Assembly (NCBI RefSeq): GCF_963921235.1
Contig: NC_086097.1
Span: 149,050,001 to 149,114,000, forward strand
Source of the DNA: Mobula hypostoma
Taxonomy: Eukaryota
Direction of reading: 5' to 3'
Length of the DNA: 64,000 nucleotides
Shown here in pieces: positions 1 to 12,719 of the stretch (positions are counted from its first letter, which is position 1; the number at the start of each line of letters is the position of its first letter). The position numbers and the translations under genes are program-made. Below the pieces are notes generated by a model. It had not been told where the DNA came from and ran no database searches. It saw only the letters and a list, made by a program, of their open reading frames with translations.

Positions 1-163
1 GTCCAAGATGTCAACTTCTACAAAGAAGGGATCCGTATGCTCCACGACTGCTGGACTAAGTGTGTAAATGTAGGAGGGGACTACGTTGAAAAATAAACGT
101 GCTAGGTTTTCTAAAATTGACTCCTTCTACCTCAGGCCACGAACTTATCAATTACCCCTCATA
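1..163 (+). mobile_element. 3' end of a mariner transposon (transposase C-terminus plus right TIR), truncated by the window edge
   Basis: Frame 1 (1-96) reads VQDVNFYKEGIRMLHDCWTKCVNVGGDYVEK*, the typical mariner transposase C-terminus (FY..GI..L..RW.KC....GDYVEK). It is followed by a TIR-like end ...GAACTTATCAATTACCCCTCA-TA. Confidence 0.85.
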
Positions 164-345
164 GTGTTCACTGGTTCAATGTCCATTTAGGAGTCGGATA
201 GCAGAGGGGACAAAGCTGTTCCTGAATCACTGGCTGTGTGCCTTCAGGCTTCTGTACCTCCTACCTGATGGTAACATTGAGAAAAGGGCATGCCCTGGGT
301 GCTGGGGCTTTTCAATAATGGACGCTGCCTTTCTGAGACACCGCT
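164..345 (-). mobile_element. Rex1/Babar-type LINE 3' fragment
   Basis: The minus strand encodes an LPSGRRYRSL-like motif, as in the other Rex/Babar copies in the window. Confidence 0.6.
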
Positions 346-1238
346 CCTTTCTGAATTCTACTTTATGTTCGTAAATGAAGAGGGCACAGTTTCCATAAGC
401 GAAAGCTTAGGTAAATCTGTATTTTTGTGTTTCAATTCTATGAAGGAGAAGAGAAAAGGAAGCCGAAGAGTTGTTAAAATTGGATTAGTTTTAAGTGTGA
501 GATCTATAGTCATTCGTAGCATCATTTCACTCAGTGTGCCTGAGACATTGCACTAATTCTCACACCAATAGCAGCAGATAAAGATTGCAAGCTGCATCTG
601 TCATTGCTTCTGCATGCAGTCAAGCTGTGCTGGTATAGTCACTCCTTCCTTCCATTCTCTTTCTTACTTATCCTTATTTTATCATTGTTATTTCCTTCTC
701 CTTCCCTGCGGAGTAGGGGTTAGTGTATTGCTATGTAGAAAGATTACCTATTCTTTTGATAGATGAAGTGTGATTTTGGCCACAATCTGGGCAAGCAGAT
801 ATTTAATATGAACTCCCATTTTGTCGAATGAAGCATTGCATCAAAAGTATTCATCTTATTACATTATTCATTTGCTGTGTTTGAATGGTGGCCCAACATC
901 AGTATAAATCTTTGAATTATCTCATCTATATAATATTTTCATGCTTTCCCACACAACCTAGGCAAAATGAGAACCGTGACATGATTGACTGCAACAGAGG
1001 ATGCACATGGGCTTGCATTCTTGAGGATTTTTGTAAGATTTGTGTACTTGCCCTGTTCCTTCTCTTATTTAAACACACTGTGCTTCTGCACACTCACAAA
1101 AACATGTACTCTTTCAGTCATAATTACACTCCTCATACTGCTGTCCCCATGATAAAGATGAATTGTTGAGCCTTTACATCAACAATACAACTAAAGTACC
1201 CAACTACACTCTGCCTAACTGAGTATAGCTACAACTAA

Positions 1239-1456
1239 TCACAAACTAGAGAAAATCTGCAGATGCTCGAAATCCATGCAACTCACACAAAATGCTGGAG
1301 GAACTCAGCAGGCCAGGCAGCATCTATGGAAAAGAGTAAACAGGATCCCTTACTTCTCATCTTTTTTCTCCAGTCCTGGTGAAGACTGAAATAGTGACTC
1401 TCTTCCATAGATGTTGCCTGGCCTGCTGAGTTCCTCCAGCATTTTGTGTGAGTTGC
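1239..1456. mobile_element. Short non-coding Penelope-derived inverted-repeat element
   Basis: Arms GCAACTCACACAAAATGCTGGAGGAACTCAGCAGGCCAGGCAGCATCTATGGAA and its reverse complement. Flanked by a 14-bp imperfect TSD: ATAGCTACAACTAA (1225-1238) and ATAGCTATACCTAA (1457-1470). Confidence 0.8.
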
Positions 1457-1619
1457 ATAGCTATACCTAAAGTTTGTCGGGCAGGAATAAGACATGAGTT
1501 TGTGTTATACTTTGTACTGCAGCACTTCGATCACGTATTCCTGAATTTGTGCTTTTGTTCTACAAGGTGAGTGAGAGCAAAGGGATACTATGAAGAGCAG
1601 GCATAATGATTTTCATCAT

Positions 1620-1860
1620 TGGCAGGATTAGTGAGTAGAATGCCAGAGGGGTTGTTGCTGGGGATTCAACGTTTACCAATTTGTATAAATCACTTGAATG
1701 TATTCTTGGGTATGGTTGCTAAATTTGCTGATAACACCAAGGTAGATAGGAGCGTTGTCAAGAGGACACAAGGAGGCTACAAAATGATTAGATGCAGTTT
1801 CAGTGAGTGGACAAAGTTGTGAAAAATTACTCATAATGGTGTGATATTTCCATTTTGGCC
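1620..1860 (+). mobile_element. Degenerate CR1 reverse-transcriptase fragment
   Basis: AKFADNTK motif (CR1 KFADDTK) in ORF 1619-1822. Confidence 0.6.
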
Positions 1861-2228
1861 GAGAAAGTTTGAGTTCAGGTTTATTGTCATTCATCCAAAC
1901 GTATATACAGCCAAACTGAAACAATATTCACACATAAAGAATATTAGCACAATAATATTCACAGAAAATGAAAATATTCTTCAGATGTGCAAGTTGACAT
2001 AAAGTGCAAAATCAACATAGAGTAAAATTTACAACAGTATAATGTTACTGGCACTGTGATAAATGATGTGTAGCACGTTGTTCAGATGTCTCAACTGGAG
2101 GCGCTGTTACCTAGTCTAATAGTCCTTCTTAGAAGAACATTACCAGATGGTCATTTATTCTTGGGGATCTCTGCTTCCAATGTCCTGTGAGGAATTATTT
2201 ATGAATATTTCTAAGGAAGAGGTCAGTA

Positions 2229-3796
2229 CACAGATACCTGATAAGCAGGAAGGTGAAAGGCTAACTCTGAGCCTCCGAGGAAAGCCACCGCTACAACCTG
2301 ATCATCTCTCAGGCTGAGGTACGCAGATGTTTCCAACGAGTGGACAGTCACAAGGCTGTGGGACTGGACGGCATCCCAGGGCGAGTACTCAGGATGTGTG
2401 CAGCACAACTGGCAAGTGTGCTTACTGACATTTTTAATCTCTCCCTCTCCCAGCATAGAGTGCCCTCTTGCTTCAAGTTATCCACCATTGTCCCTAACGT
2501 GCCTGAATGACTGGCGTCCTGTCGCACTCACCTCAATAATAAGCAAATGCTTTGAGAGGCTGGTTAGGGATTACATCTGCAGCTTGCTGCCATCCAAACT
2601 GGACCCCCTACAATTCGCCTACCGACACAACCGATCAACAGACGATGAAATAGCCTCTGCTCTACATACCGTACTTACACAACTGGAGAAGAAGGATGCT
2701 TATGTGAGAATGTTGTCCTTGGACTACAGTTCAGCATTCAACACCGTAGTTCCATCCAGGCTTGACAAGAGGCTCAGAGACCTCGGCCTTGACCCTGCCT
2801 TGTGCAGCTGGATCCTGGACTTCCTGTCAGAACACCAGCAGGTGGTAAGGGTGGGCTCCCTCACCTCCAACCCTCTGACTCTCAGCACAGGAGTCCCTCA
2901 GGACTGTGTACTAAGTCCCCTCCTTTACTCCCTGTGTATCCAAGACTGTGTCGCCACTCACAGCTCTAATCTGCTAATTTAAATTTGACAACGACACTAC
3001 ATTGATTGGCCTTATCTCAAACAATAACGAGATGGTCTACAGGGAAGAAGACATCTCTCTGACACAGTGGTGTCAAGAAAACAATCTCTCCCTCAATGTC
3101 ACAAAAACAAAAGAGCTGGTTGTGGATTACAGGAGGAATGGAGATGGGCTAACCCCTATTGACATCAATGGATTGGGCTGAGAGGGTAAACAGCTTTAAG
3201 TTCTTCGGCATCCACATCACCAAGGAACTCGCATGGTCTGTACACACCAGATGTGTGGTGAAAAAGGCACAACGACGCCTCTTTCACCTCAGACTGTTGA
3301 AGAAGTTTGGTATGGGCCCCCAAATCCTAAGAACTTTCAACAGGGGCACAATTGAGAGCATCCTGACTGGCTGCATCACTGCCTGGTATGGGAACTGTAT
3401 CTCCCTTAATCACAGGACTCTGCAGAGAGTGGTGCGGACAGCCAAGCGCATCTGTAGTTGTGAACTTCACATGATTCAGGATATTTATGAGGAGGGGTGT
3501 GTGAAAAGGGCCCGTAGGATCGTTGGCGACCCAAGTCACCCCAAACACAATCTATTCCAGCTGCTACCATCTGGGAAATGGTACTGCAGCATAAAAGCCA
3601 GGACAGCTTCTTCCACCAGGCCATCAGACTGATTAACTTATGCTGATTTGAGTGTACTGTGTTACAGTGATGGTTCTATTTATTATAAGTTATTATAAAT
3701 TACTATGATTGCATGTTGCACAATTAGACAGACATAACGTAAGGATTTTTATTCATGTATGTGAATGATATAAGAAATAAAGTTAATTCAATTCAG
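2229..3796 (+). mobile_element. Rex1/Babar-type non-LTR retrotransposon, 5'-truncated and frameshifted
   Basis: ORF 2398-2982 has RT motifs ([40 protein letters not shown]). ORF 3159-3632 is the C-terminal region (KKAQRRLFHLR, ESILTGCITAWYG, LLPSGK). Ends in AATAAA plus a (TTCAA)n-like tail. Confidence 0.9.
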
Positions 3797-5367
3797 TAAA
3801 TGGGAACTTGGATTTGAGGTTTAACATAGATCAGCACTGACATGATTAAATGATTGAATAAATTTCAGACTGAGTGGCCTATTCCTGTTTGTAATTTGTT
3901 CTGTTGGACTCTGGCTATTCCAGAACCATAACATAATGATGTATTCCTTTTTTCCAGTAGTCTTACTCCTGCTATGGAGATCTTCACTACTCTTCACTAT
4001 CTTGCCTGAGTGCTTCTTACGTATATGGGGACTGCTTAACTATATCGGCACCACAGCTAAACCTGAATCTGTACTCTTTATTCCAAAATACTAATCAGAG
4101 AAGAAATAGTATTTTAAAAACTGCCTGGCTGATTTAGCTGTTGAAACTATTTATTCTCTCAATCACAAAACTGGCTGAATGCAGCTGGTGGGATATAGAG
4201 CGGAGATTGGAAAACGAAACGGCCTCGTATTTGCTGTGTAGTGTCAGCCATCCCATTTTGCTATCTTCTATAGTAGCATAAAAGGGGTTAAGTTACATAT
4301 TTCCAGTGAAGGTGTCAAGCCTTGTGTCTGAAATATGTCTTTTCTAGACAAGTTGGATTTCAAATCCACCTCCCAGTCAGGATGGCATCTGAACACCAAA
4401 TCACCTCATTAATAAACTAATATTCGTTTTGCATGGCTCCTTTTTGAACCTTGATCTCAAACGAGCCTTTTGGCCTGAGTCAGTGCCTCAGATGCTGGTC
4501 ACGCTAGTGAAGTCAGCTCTTTCGGTTCAGTCTGTATGGCTTCCAAGTTTCAAGTCCCGGCTGAGTCAGTCTCTAAGGCACAGGCCTTTAATTGTATTTA
4601 AGTGTGAAACATGGCTCTGCTTTAGCAGTGAAAGCCAGTACTGAAGAAGTAGTGTGAGCTCAAAAGTTGCAGTGCTGAGTTATTTATTTTCATAAATAAA
4701 CCACAGCTTGGACAGAGTGACTATGAAGAGCACCTTTGATGATCACAGAGTGAGGACAGGCTGAATGCCAGTGGGCCGCCTTTGAATAGAAAGGTTTGTG
4801 TTGTTTGCTGCCATTGAAACATGCATCGTTTCCTTGTGGTAATGCTTAGCCACGTGCGTGGGAGTGTTTGCAGGGAGGGGAGGGCACTTTCCATGTTGTA
4901 CATTTATATCTAGATGCATGGTGCTCCTGACTGACTCTTGGGTCCACCAGAAAAATTTGGAATGATCATAACAGAAAAAAATATTATATATATTTTCATG
5001 GTGTTAAAACACTATTGTGCATCACCTAGTGCTGTTTGTGAAAGTTCACTGGAGATTGAGATGTTCACTTATGAAGTTTCTAGAACCATGTCAGTTTTCT
5101 CTGTTGGTTGCAGTGCGGCATGTTCAGTTACCTAATGCAAATTCCTCAGGCTGCTGGGCCAGGCAGATATGATCATTACAGCCAGTATTGGATGTACCAG
5201 CGTACAAAAAGCCCCCGGGGAACGTTGTTATATCATAAGTAGGTATTGAAGTATGAGGAGTGGAGTGGGTCTGAATTTTCCAGAGAAAATGATTCCGGAT
5301 GTATGTTCTTTGTGAAAGAGGCCTGTAGAGAGTCTCTAGCACCAGAAGCGGGTGTTCCAACGGGACA

Positions 5368-5427
5368 CTGCAGGGGGTGTTAGGAGTAGCACCTTGTGAA
5401 TGGTGCTATTCCTAACACCCTCTGCAG
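5368..5427 (+). repeat. 60-nt hairpin (26-bp stem, 8-nt loop)
   Basis: Left arm CTGCAGGGGGTGTTAGGAGTAGCACC, loop TTGTGAAT, right arm GGTGCTATTCCTAACACCCTCTGCAG. The two DNA mismatches are G-U pairs in + strand RNA. Confidence 0.9.
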
Positions 5428-6276
5428 GAGTTTGAATGCTGACACTGTATGGAAGCCAAAAATGGGAAAATCCTTATGCCCACCCTGACTGCTCCCGCAG
5501 GCTGTAAGAAAAATAGTGCAGATCTCCTCTCGTTGAGTCTGGTAATCTAACTAATGCAACAGCAAACTCCGAGATGCGGCAGAGATCAAGGCCCCTAGGG
5601 CTGAAAAATTGAGAATGAGTGTGATCTTTGTCACGATGGGCAAAGTGATCCAGGCCAGCAGAAGGCTCTGTCTGACAGGCTGGGAGTCAGTGAGGACAAA
5701 AAGCAATCTTTGAGACTTGCTTTTTAAGAATAACTGCTTTGTGGGAATGGTGTGGGTTATTATTGTCACAAGTATTGAGACACAGTGAAAGCCTTTTGTC
5801 TGCATGCCACAGATAGATCATTCTATATGTAACTACATCAGGGTAGTGAAAATAAAGGGTGCGGAATATAGTGTTACATTTACAAAGAAAGTGCAGTGCA
5901 GGTAACAGTAAAGTGCAACGTGCTTGACAAGGCAGATTGTGAGGTGAAGAGTTCATCTTTAATGTACAGGAGGCCCATTCAAGACTCTTACAACAGCAGG
6001 AGTGAAGCTGTCCTTGAGTGGTGTTGTGCCAATAATATTTCGGTAGCATTGAGATGTATTGTAAATGTATTGGTTGATTAAGCATTTTTGATCGTTTAAG
6101 TAATTCATTTTGGGTTAAATGTAAAAATAAGTGAATTGCATATGTCACGACACTACCATGTGATAGGTGAATGCCTTTTTGAAGTAATTGCCAATTTAGA
6201 TACGTTATTCCAGACTCCCTTGTTTTTATTTCAATTACTTTTTATGTTTTGGAGTTCCAAAATCTAACAAGAGGGT

Positions 6277-8780
6277 CACAAACATGAGAAAATCTGCAGA
6301 TGCTGGAAATCCAAAGCAACACACACAAGATGCTAGAGGACCTTAGTAGCATTAATGGAAAAGAGTAAACAGTCAATGTTTTGGGCTAAGACCCTTCACG
6401 AGGACTGGAAACGAAGGGGAGAAGTCAGAATAAGAAGATGAGGGAGAGGGGGAGGAAGAAGGTGAAGGTGGCAGGTGATAGGTGAAATCGTGACGGGTAG
6501 GGGTGAATTAAAGAGCTGTGAAGTTGATTGCTGGAAGAGATAAGGAGCTGGGGAAGGGGGAATCTGATTGGAGATGGCAGAAGGCCACGGAAGAAAGGGA
6601 AACGGGAGGAGCACCAGAGGATGGTGATGGGCAGGTAAGGAGAGAGAGGGCGTGAGAGGGAAACACAAAGGCGTAACATTGAAGGAGAGGAGGGGGGCCA
6701 TTACTGAAAGTTTGAGAAATCGATGTTCATGCCATCAAGTTGGAGGCTACCCAGACAGAATACAAGATGTTGCTCATCTAACCTGAGTGTGGCCTCATTA
6801 CAGCAGTAGCAGAGGCCACGGACTGACATGTCGGAATGGGAAGTAGAATTGAAATGGGTGGCCACTGGGAAATCCTGCGTTTTCTGCCAGAAGGAGCATT
6901 GGTGCTCAGCAAAGTGGTCTCCCAATCTACGTCATTTCTCACCAGTATACAGGAGGCCACACCGGGAGCACCAGACATAGTAGCTGACCCCAGCAGACTC
7001 ACAGGTGAAGTGTCGCCTCACCTAAAGGAACTGTCTGGGGCCCTGAATGATAATGAGGGAGGAGGCGTAGGGGCAAGTATGGTACTTGTTCCGCTTGCAA
7101 GGATAAGTGCCAGGAGGGAGATAAGTGGGGAAGGACAAGAAGACAAAGGAGTCTTTTGGGGAGTGATTCCTGTGGAAATAGGTGGAGGGGGAGGAAAGAT
7201 GTGCTTGGTGGTGGGATTCTTTTGAGGATAGCGCAAGTTATGGAGAATTATGTGCTGGATGCGGAGGGTTGTGGGGTGGTAGATGAGGACAAGAGGAATC
7301 TTATCCTTGACGTGGGAGGAGGATGAGATGAGGGCAGATGTGCATAAAATGGAAGAGATGTGGTGAGGGCAGCGTTGATGTTGGAGGAAGGGAAACTACT
7401 TTCTTTGAAGGAGAAGGAGATCTCAGTTGTTCTGGAATGAAAAGGTTCACCTTGAGAGCAGATGCTGCAGAGACAGAGAAACTGAGGAAAAAAGAATGCC
7501 ATTTTTACAAGTGACAGGGTAAGAAGAGGTATAGTCCAGATAGCTGTGAGTGAGAGTCAGTGGGTTTATAAAACATATCAGTAGATAGATGATCTCCAGA
7601 GATGGAGACAGAGAGATTGAGGAAGGGGAGAGATGCGTCAGAAATGGACCAAGTAAATTTGAGGGCAGGGTGGAAGTTGGAGGCAAAATTGATGAAGTTG
7701 ACAAGCTCAGCATGGGTGCAGAAAACCGCACCAATGCAGTCATCAGTGTAGTGTAGGAGGAATTACCGAGTGATGCCAGTGTAGGCTTGGAACATGAACT
7801 GCTCCACATAGCTGACGAAAAGGTAGGCTTGGCTGGGACCCATCCGAGTGCCCATGGCGAAACCTAGGGTTTGAAGGAAGTGGGAGGAGTCGAAGGAGAA
7901 ATTGTTGAGGGTGAGGACCAGTTCAAATGGAGGAGAGTGGTGGTGGATGAGAACTAGTTGGGTCTGTTGTCCAGAAGAAACAAGGAGTTTTGATGGGGGT
8001 GGAAGTGTACAGGAACTGGGCATCCATAGTGAAAATGAGAAGGTTGGGGGCAGGGAACTTTGAAGTTGTTGATAAGATCGAGAGCGTGTTAAATGTCATG
8101 GATGTTGGTAGGAAGAGACTGAACCATGGGGTATAAAACAAAGTTGATATATGCAGTCACAAGTTCTGTGGGCAGGAGCAGGCAGAAACAAATGGCCCCA
8201 CTGAACCCTCTCTCACTGCTCCCCCTCTGTGATCTCCGACTCTTCGACCAGATCCTCACCCAGACCCACTAGCACAGAAACAATGGGTCAGGTTTGTGAA
8301 TCTTGGATAGGAGGTAGAAGCACGAGGTGCTGGTAAGGGATCTGTGAAGTTGATGGTAGTGGACAGGAGATCCTCAGTCAATGAGGTTGTTGATGGTGTG
8401 GCTGATAATGGCCTGATGTTCCTTAGTGGATCCTGTTCAAGAGATAAGTAAGACCAAGTGTCTGAAAGTTGCCACCTGGCCTCAGCAAGGTAGAGGTCAG
8501 CCCCCCCAGACTACAACAGCACCTCCTTTATCTGCGGGTTTGATGGTGAGGTTGGGATTAGCGCGGAGAGAGTGGAGAGCAGGCTGTTCCAAGGGAGAGG
8601 CGTTAGAGTTAGAGAGAATGTTAAAGCCGAGATGGTTGCTGTCTCATCAGTAGTTAGCGGTTTAAAAAGATTCAGAGGAGGCAGAAGACCAGAGTGGGAT
8701 GTCCCAGAAGAAGAGGAGGAGGGTTGAATGTGGGAGAAGGTGTCATCAGTGCGGGTAGGGGAGTCCTCGCCAAAGAACGC
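6277..8780 (-). mobile_element. Penelope-like element (RT + GIY-YIG endonuclease + 3' pseudo-LTR), degenerate
   Basis: Minus-strand fragments give LIFTMDAQFLYTS, ELVLTLNNFSFDSSHFLQTLGFAMGTRMGPS, LHYTDDCIG (YxDD), DSHSYLDYTSS-like and GDHFAEH...PVATHFNS...GMNIDFSNF (GIY-YIG C-terminus). The terminal repeat at 6277-6700 matches the other PLE copies. Confidence 0.88.
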
Positions 8781-10954
8781 ACTGTGGGTGTTTTCAAAGT
8801 GTTGAATCTTCTGCTTGATGGAAGGGAGGAGTAGAGTGATGTCTGAAATGGGAGAGGTCTTTGATCATGTTGGCTATTTCACTAAGGTGGCAAGAAGTGT
8901 AGATAGAGTCCGCAGAAGGGAGGCTGGTTTATCTGATGCGCTTAGCTATGTCCACAAATCTCTGAAGTTTCTTGGAGTCTTGGGTCGAGTAAGTAAGTGC
9001 AAGGATTCCAAGGTAGACTGGGAGATCATGAGTTAATCTCTTAATGTATGAGAGGTCTGTTGAAGAGTCTGTTAACAGCGGGAGAGACACTGTCCTTGAG
9101 CTTGGTGGTTAAAACTGGTCAGCCAATAAACGAGAATTGATGTCACACAGATGATGGTGATTGTAAATCACACAGGAGATAAATTTGGGCTGTTAACATC
9201 ATTTTGGAGACACGAGTTTGGAATGGGTGTTGGTGGATACTGAAAGGCAAATACAGAGCAAAACGATGTATTTCACTGCATGTTTCGATGTACATGTGAC
9301 ATATAAAGCTAATCCTAAATCCTAATGCAACTCTGTGTCATGTTCAGCACTCTGTGTTCTACTGTATTTGTCTGAAATAACGAATCTTATTTCCTGATGC
9401 ACGAAGACACCCAGAAGTGGGTGCAAAATGACTCTTAACCTGGATTAAACAAATTTTCAATTGCAAGGCTCAGTTTTTAAAGCTGTGCAAAGGAGTTCCA
9501 AAGCTTATGTGTCACTCCATCTCTTGAAAAGAAACATTTAAACTAGTTAAGTATTTGAACTTAAGTATTATTGGCTACAGAAGAAGTTAAAAAGTAAATC
9601 ATAACTCCAGCTTTTGCTATATTGGGAAATGTGGCAATTTACATTTCATAATATTGCATAAATAGCAACATTAAAGGGACAAAGTAATGCTTCTGGGTTG
9701 TTGGTTGGGGTTAAATATTAGAACACTGGGGGAAAAATCTCTGCTCTTTGAAATAATCATCTGGGATTTTAATATTCAACTGAAAGGGGAGAAACATGCA
9801 TAACATAGGCATCCTAACTTTTTACCATAAATCACTCATTTGTTTCTTTCTTGCTTCTGTCTAGGTTTTCCTAGATGCATCTATTCTACTTAATCCAACC
9901 AATCTACATACTAGCTAGTTCCACATTCTAATCATTCGTTATCATAGAGTCATAGCAGTTGGCCCTTTGTCCCACCAGGTCAATGTTGACCGTCAAATAT
10001 CTATTCTAATCTCATTTACCAACACTTGGTCAGCTTAATATTTTTGATGATTTTGGTGCTTGTCCAGGTGCTTCTTAAATGTTGTGAGAGTAGCTGCCTT
10101 CAGCGTCTTCTCAGGCAAGCAGCACTCCTGATTGTATTGGTGACTATGTTTAAGGACTTGGTTTAGGATTAATTCTCATATGATCTTCAATCATTTGTCC
10201 AGGTCTCCATTCCTCTTGTCTCATCTGAGTGAGTAAATCTTATTTAAACCTCATCTGAACTTGTTGTGTAGGAATGGCAGAGTAGATCACTACTGAGCCC
10301 AATTTTGTTGGCATCCCACTTTCCAACAGAAATCATTGCAGTGGAATCAGGGGAGAAAACAATAGCCAATTCTTCCCTATAACACCAAAAGGTAAACCTC
10401 CAGCCAATACTTCAGTACTGAAATCTGAGAGCTCACTAGCATTCTGGAAGTTAATTCTAAACCACCTTCATTCCCAAGACACATTAGATGTACTAAAAGT
10501 AATAATTGGTTCCTTGAATGGCAGGAGGGTTGAATTCTTTTACTTCTACGTGCTGATCACAGATATTCTTAAATCACATACATAGAAGATCATTTGCAAA
10601 GTGTTCAAACCAGAGTTAGAATTATCCTATTCATTGCAGCTTGCTGTAATTGTCCTGGCCTTCCTGCTTGGGTGCTTGATAACTCTGACTAATTTATAAC
10701 TCCTGTAATGTACAGCAATTTCTGTCATGCAAAGAAAATTGATTGTTATCTAATCCATGAGATCTTTGTTCATGTGCATCATTTTTCACAAAGTGAGCTT
10801 CTAAATCTTGGTACCAAGGCAAAGTCAGGCATGTGGTCTAAGAGGCATCTTTTTCTCAGAGGCTGGGGGAGTATATAGAATGGGTTGCCAGGGGGAGCTG
10901 TAGAGGCAGGTACAACTACATTTGGACAAGTACATTGATAGTAAAGGTTTAGAG

Positions 10955-11034
10955 CAGGGGTTCCCAACCTTTTTAATGTCATGAACCAATACAATTAGGC
11001 AAGGGGTCCATGAACCCCAAGATGGGAACCCCTA
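10955..11034. mobile_element. 80-bp hAT-type MITE inserted in a CR1 3' remnant
   Basis: TIRs CAGGGGTTCCCAAC / GATGGGAACCCCTA. 8-bp TSD GTTTAGAG (10947-10954) and GTTTTGAG (11035-11042). Confidence 0.8.
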
Positions 11035-11549
11035 GTTTTGAGTGATTATGGACTAAATACAGCCAAATGGAACTTGCTTAGATAGGCAACTTGGCCAGCA
11101 TGAATTACTGTATTACTTATATAGAAGTTGAGAAGTTATATAGAGTGCATATCAGATAATAACTATGTTTTGAATTTCATTGATTGGAATCACATGAAAA
11201 TGTAGTGGAACAAGGAGTTCTATTTAGACATTGTCACTGAAATGTAGAGCAAAACTCTTGGTTTTGTATTAAATCACAAACTGTGCAATAATTTAACATT
11301 TTGATTTTTCACATCGGGTATTTCAAATGTGCCAATTTATAGATCACTGTTTAATCTGCATTTTATTCCTGCTAGAAACTCAGAAAGAAATAATAGTACA
11401 AAAAAACCTTGTAATAGGCCATTTGCCCTATTCTGTCCATCCTAGCTCTTTGAAATGGCTGTCCAGTTTAATGTTGCACCCAAAACTTCTCACTCTAACT
11501 TTGTAAGTCCTCTTGAAAGTCATTCTGAGGGTAAGTTCATTAAATAGTG

Positions 11550-11641
11550 ACGAAGGGTCTCGGCCTGAAACGTCGACTGCGCCTCTTCCTATAGATGCTG
11601 CTTGGCCTGCTGCGTTCACCAGCAACCTTGATGTATGTTGT
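11550..11641 (+). mobile_element. 92-bp Penelope terminal fragment with a 5'-truncated hammerhead motif
   Basis: Near-identical to 44300-44390. Flanked by a perfect 14-bp TSD TTCATTAAATAGTG (11536-11549, 11642-11655). Confidence 0.9.
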
Positions 11642-12360
11642 TTCATTAAATAGTGTATCAGTTACATGGGATTGATTGACAGCCTCCAGCATTTGATTCT
11701 TATGTTCTAATTTCCAAAAAGCGAATTAAACTGTTCTGCATATGTATATTGTATAAATGTGTTCATTTGAAAGAGTAAGGTGAGGATATATTGCAATGTG
11801 AAGAACAGGAGAAAAATTATCAAATCATGTAAAGTCACTATCTTCTCACCATTGCTTTATTTAGCTATCCTGTACTAAATCTTGATCAACAGGAGCATAT
11901 TAGAAGCACCATTGAATATTATGACTTTAATTTGTCAGTCTGTGTTTTCTTCTCTAACAAGTTTAAACACTGGAAGTTCAGACTTAGTTGGAATTCTTCT
12001 TGTGTTCCTCAATCCTTTATTTCTGCCTAAGCAGATATAATTGCACCTAGAAGCCACTTTGTTGGCTTTCTTTGTAAGTTTCCAACAAGCTATAAAAAGA
12101 TATTCTACCTGATTCTATTTTTTATTCTAACTCCCACATTGTGTTCAATGACACTTGGGTTGTTTCCCAGTGTGCCTAGATAAACCTTGTGAATTTACTC
12201 TGTTGCTTTGGATATCTTAAAATTGCCTTTCCACAAAAAACAAACTTAACTTCCTTATAATTTGCTTACAGTTAAATTTATCATAAACTACATTAATTGC
12301 TCACCTCCAAAAACATTTATATCTTTCCTCTAATTAGGTGATCTGACTGTGTATAGTGTT

Positions 12361-12521
12361 CCAGGTCAGGGCCTTCCCAAGACTATGGTCAACACGCTCC
12401 TAGAAGACAGCGACGTGGCAAATGTAGATGAACTGAACACACTGATGAGGGAGAGGGAGAAGTGGAGAGTCCATCATCGTGCCCGACGCCGGCCCCCTTG
12501 GCCTGAGTCGACGTAGTAGTA
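12361..12521 (+). mobile_element. RTE/RTEX-like LINE 3' end fragment
   Basis: Translates PKTMVNTLLEDSDVANVDELNTLMREREKWRVHH..., resembling an RTE-clade C-terminus, followed by a (GTA)n tail. Confidence 0.5.
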
Positions 12522-12719
12522 CTGGTAGTCAGGGTCTGGCCAATTCTGTAAACTGCAATACATCGTGTTTTAACTTGTATTTTAGTAAAGAAACAATAGT
12601 AAAGAAAGCTAACCTGAAAAGAGATCTGTCATTATGTTGCCTTTGTTAATGCAATCTCAAACACCTGAACCACAAAGTAGTCAAATTATGAATCATAAGC
12701 ATAGAGAACAGGGTGTCTA

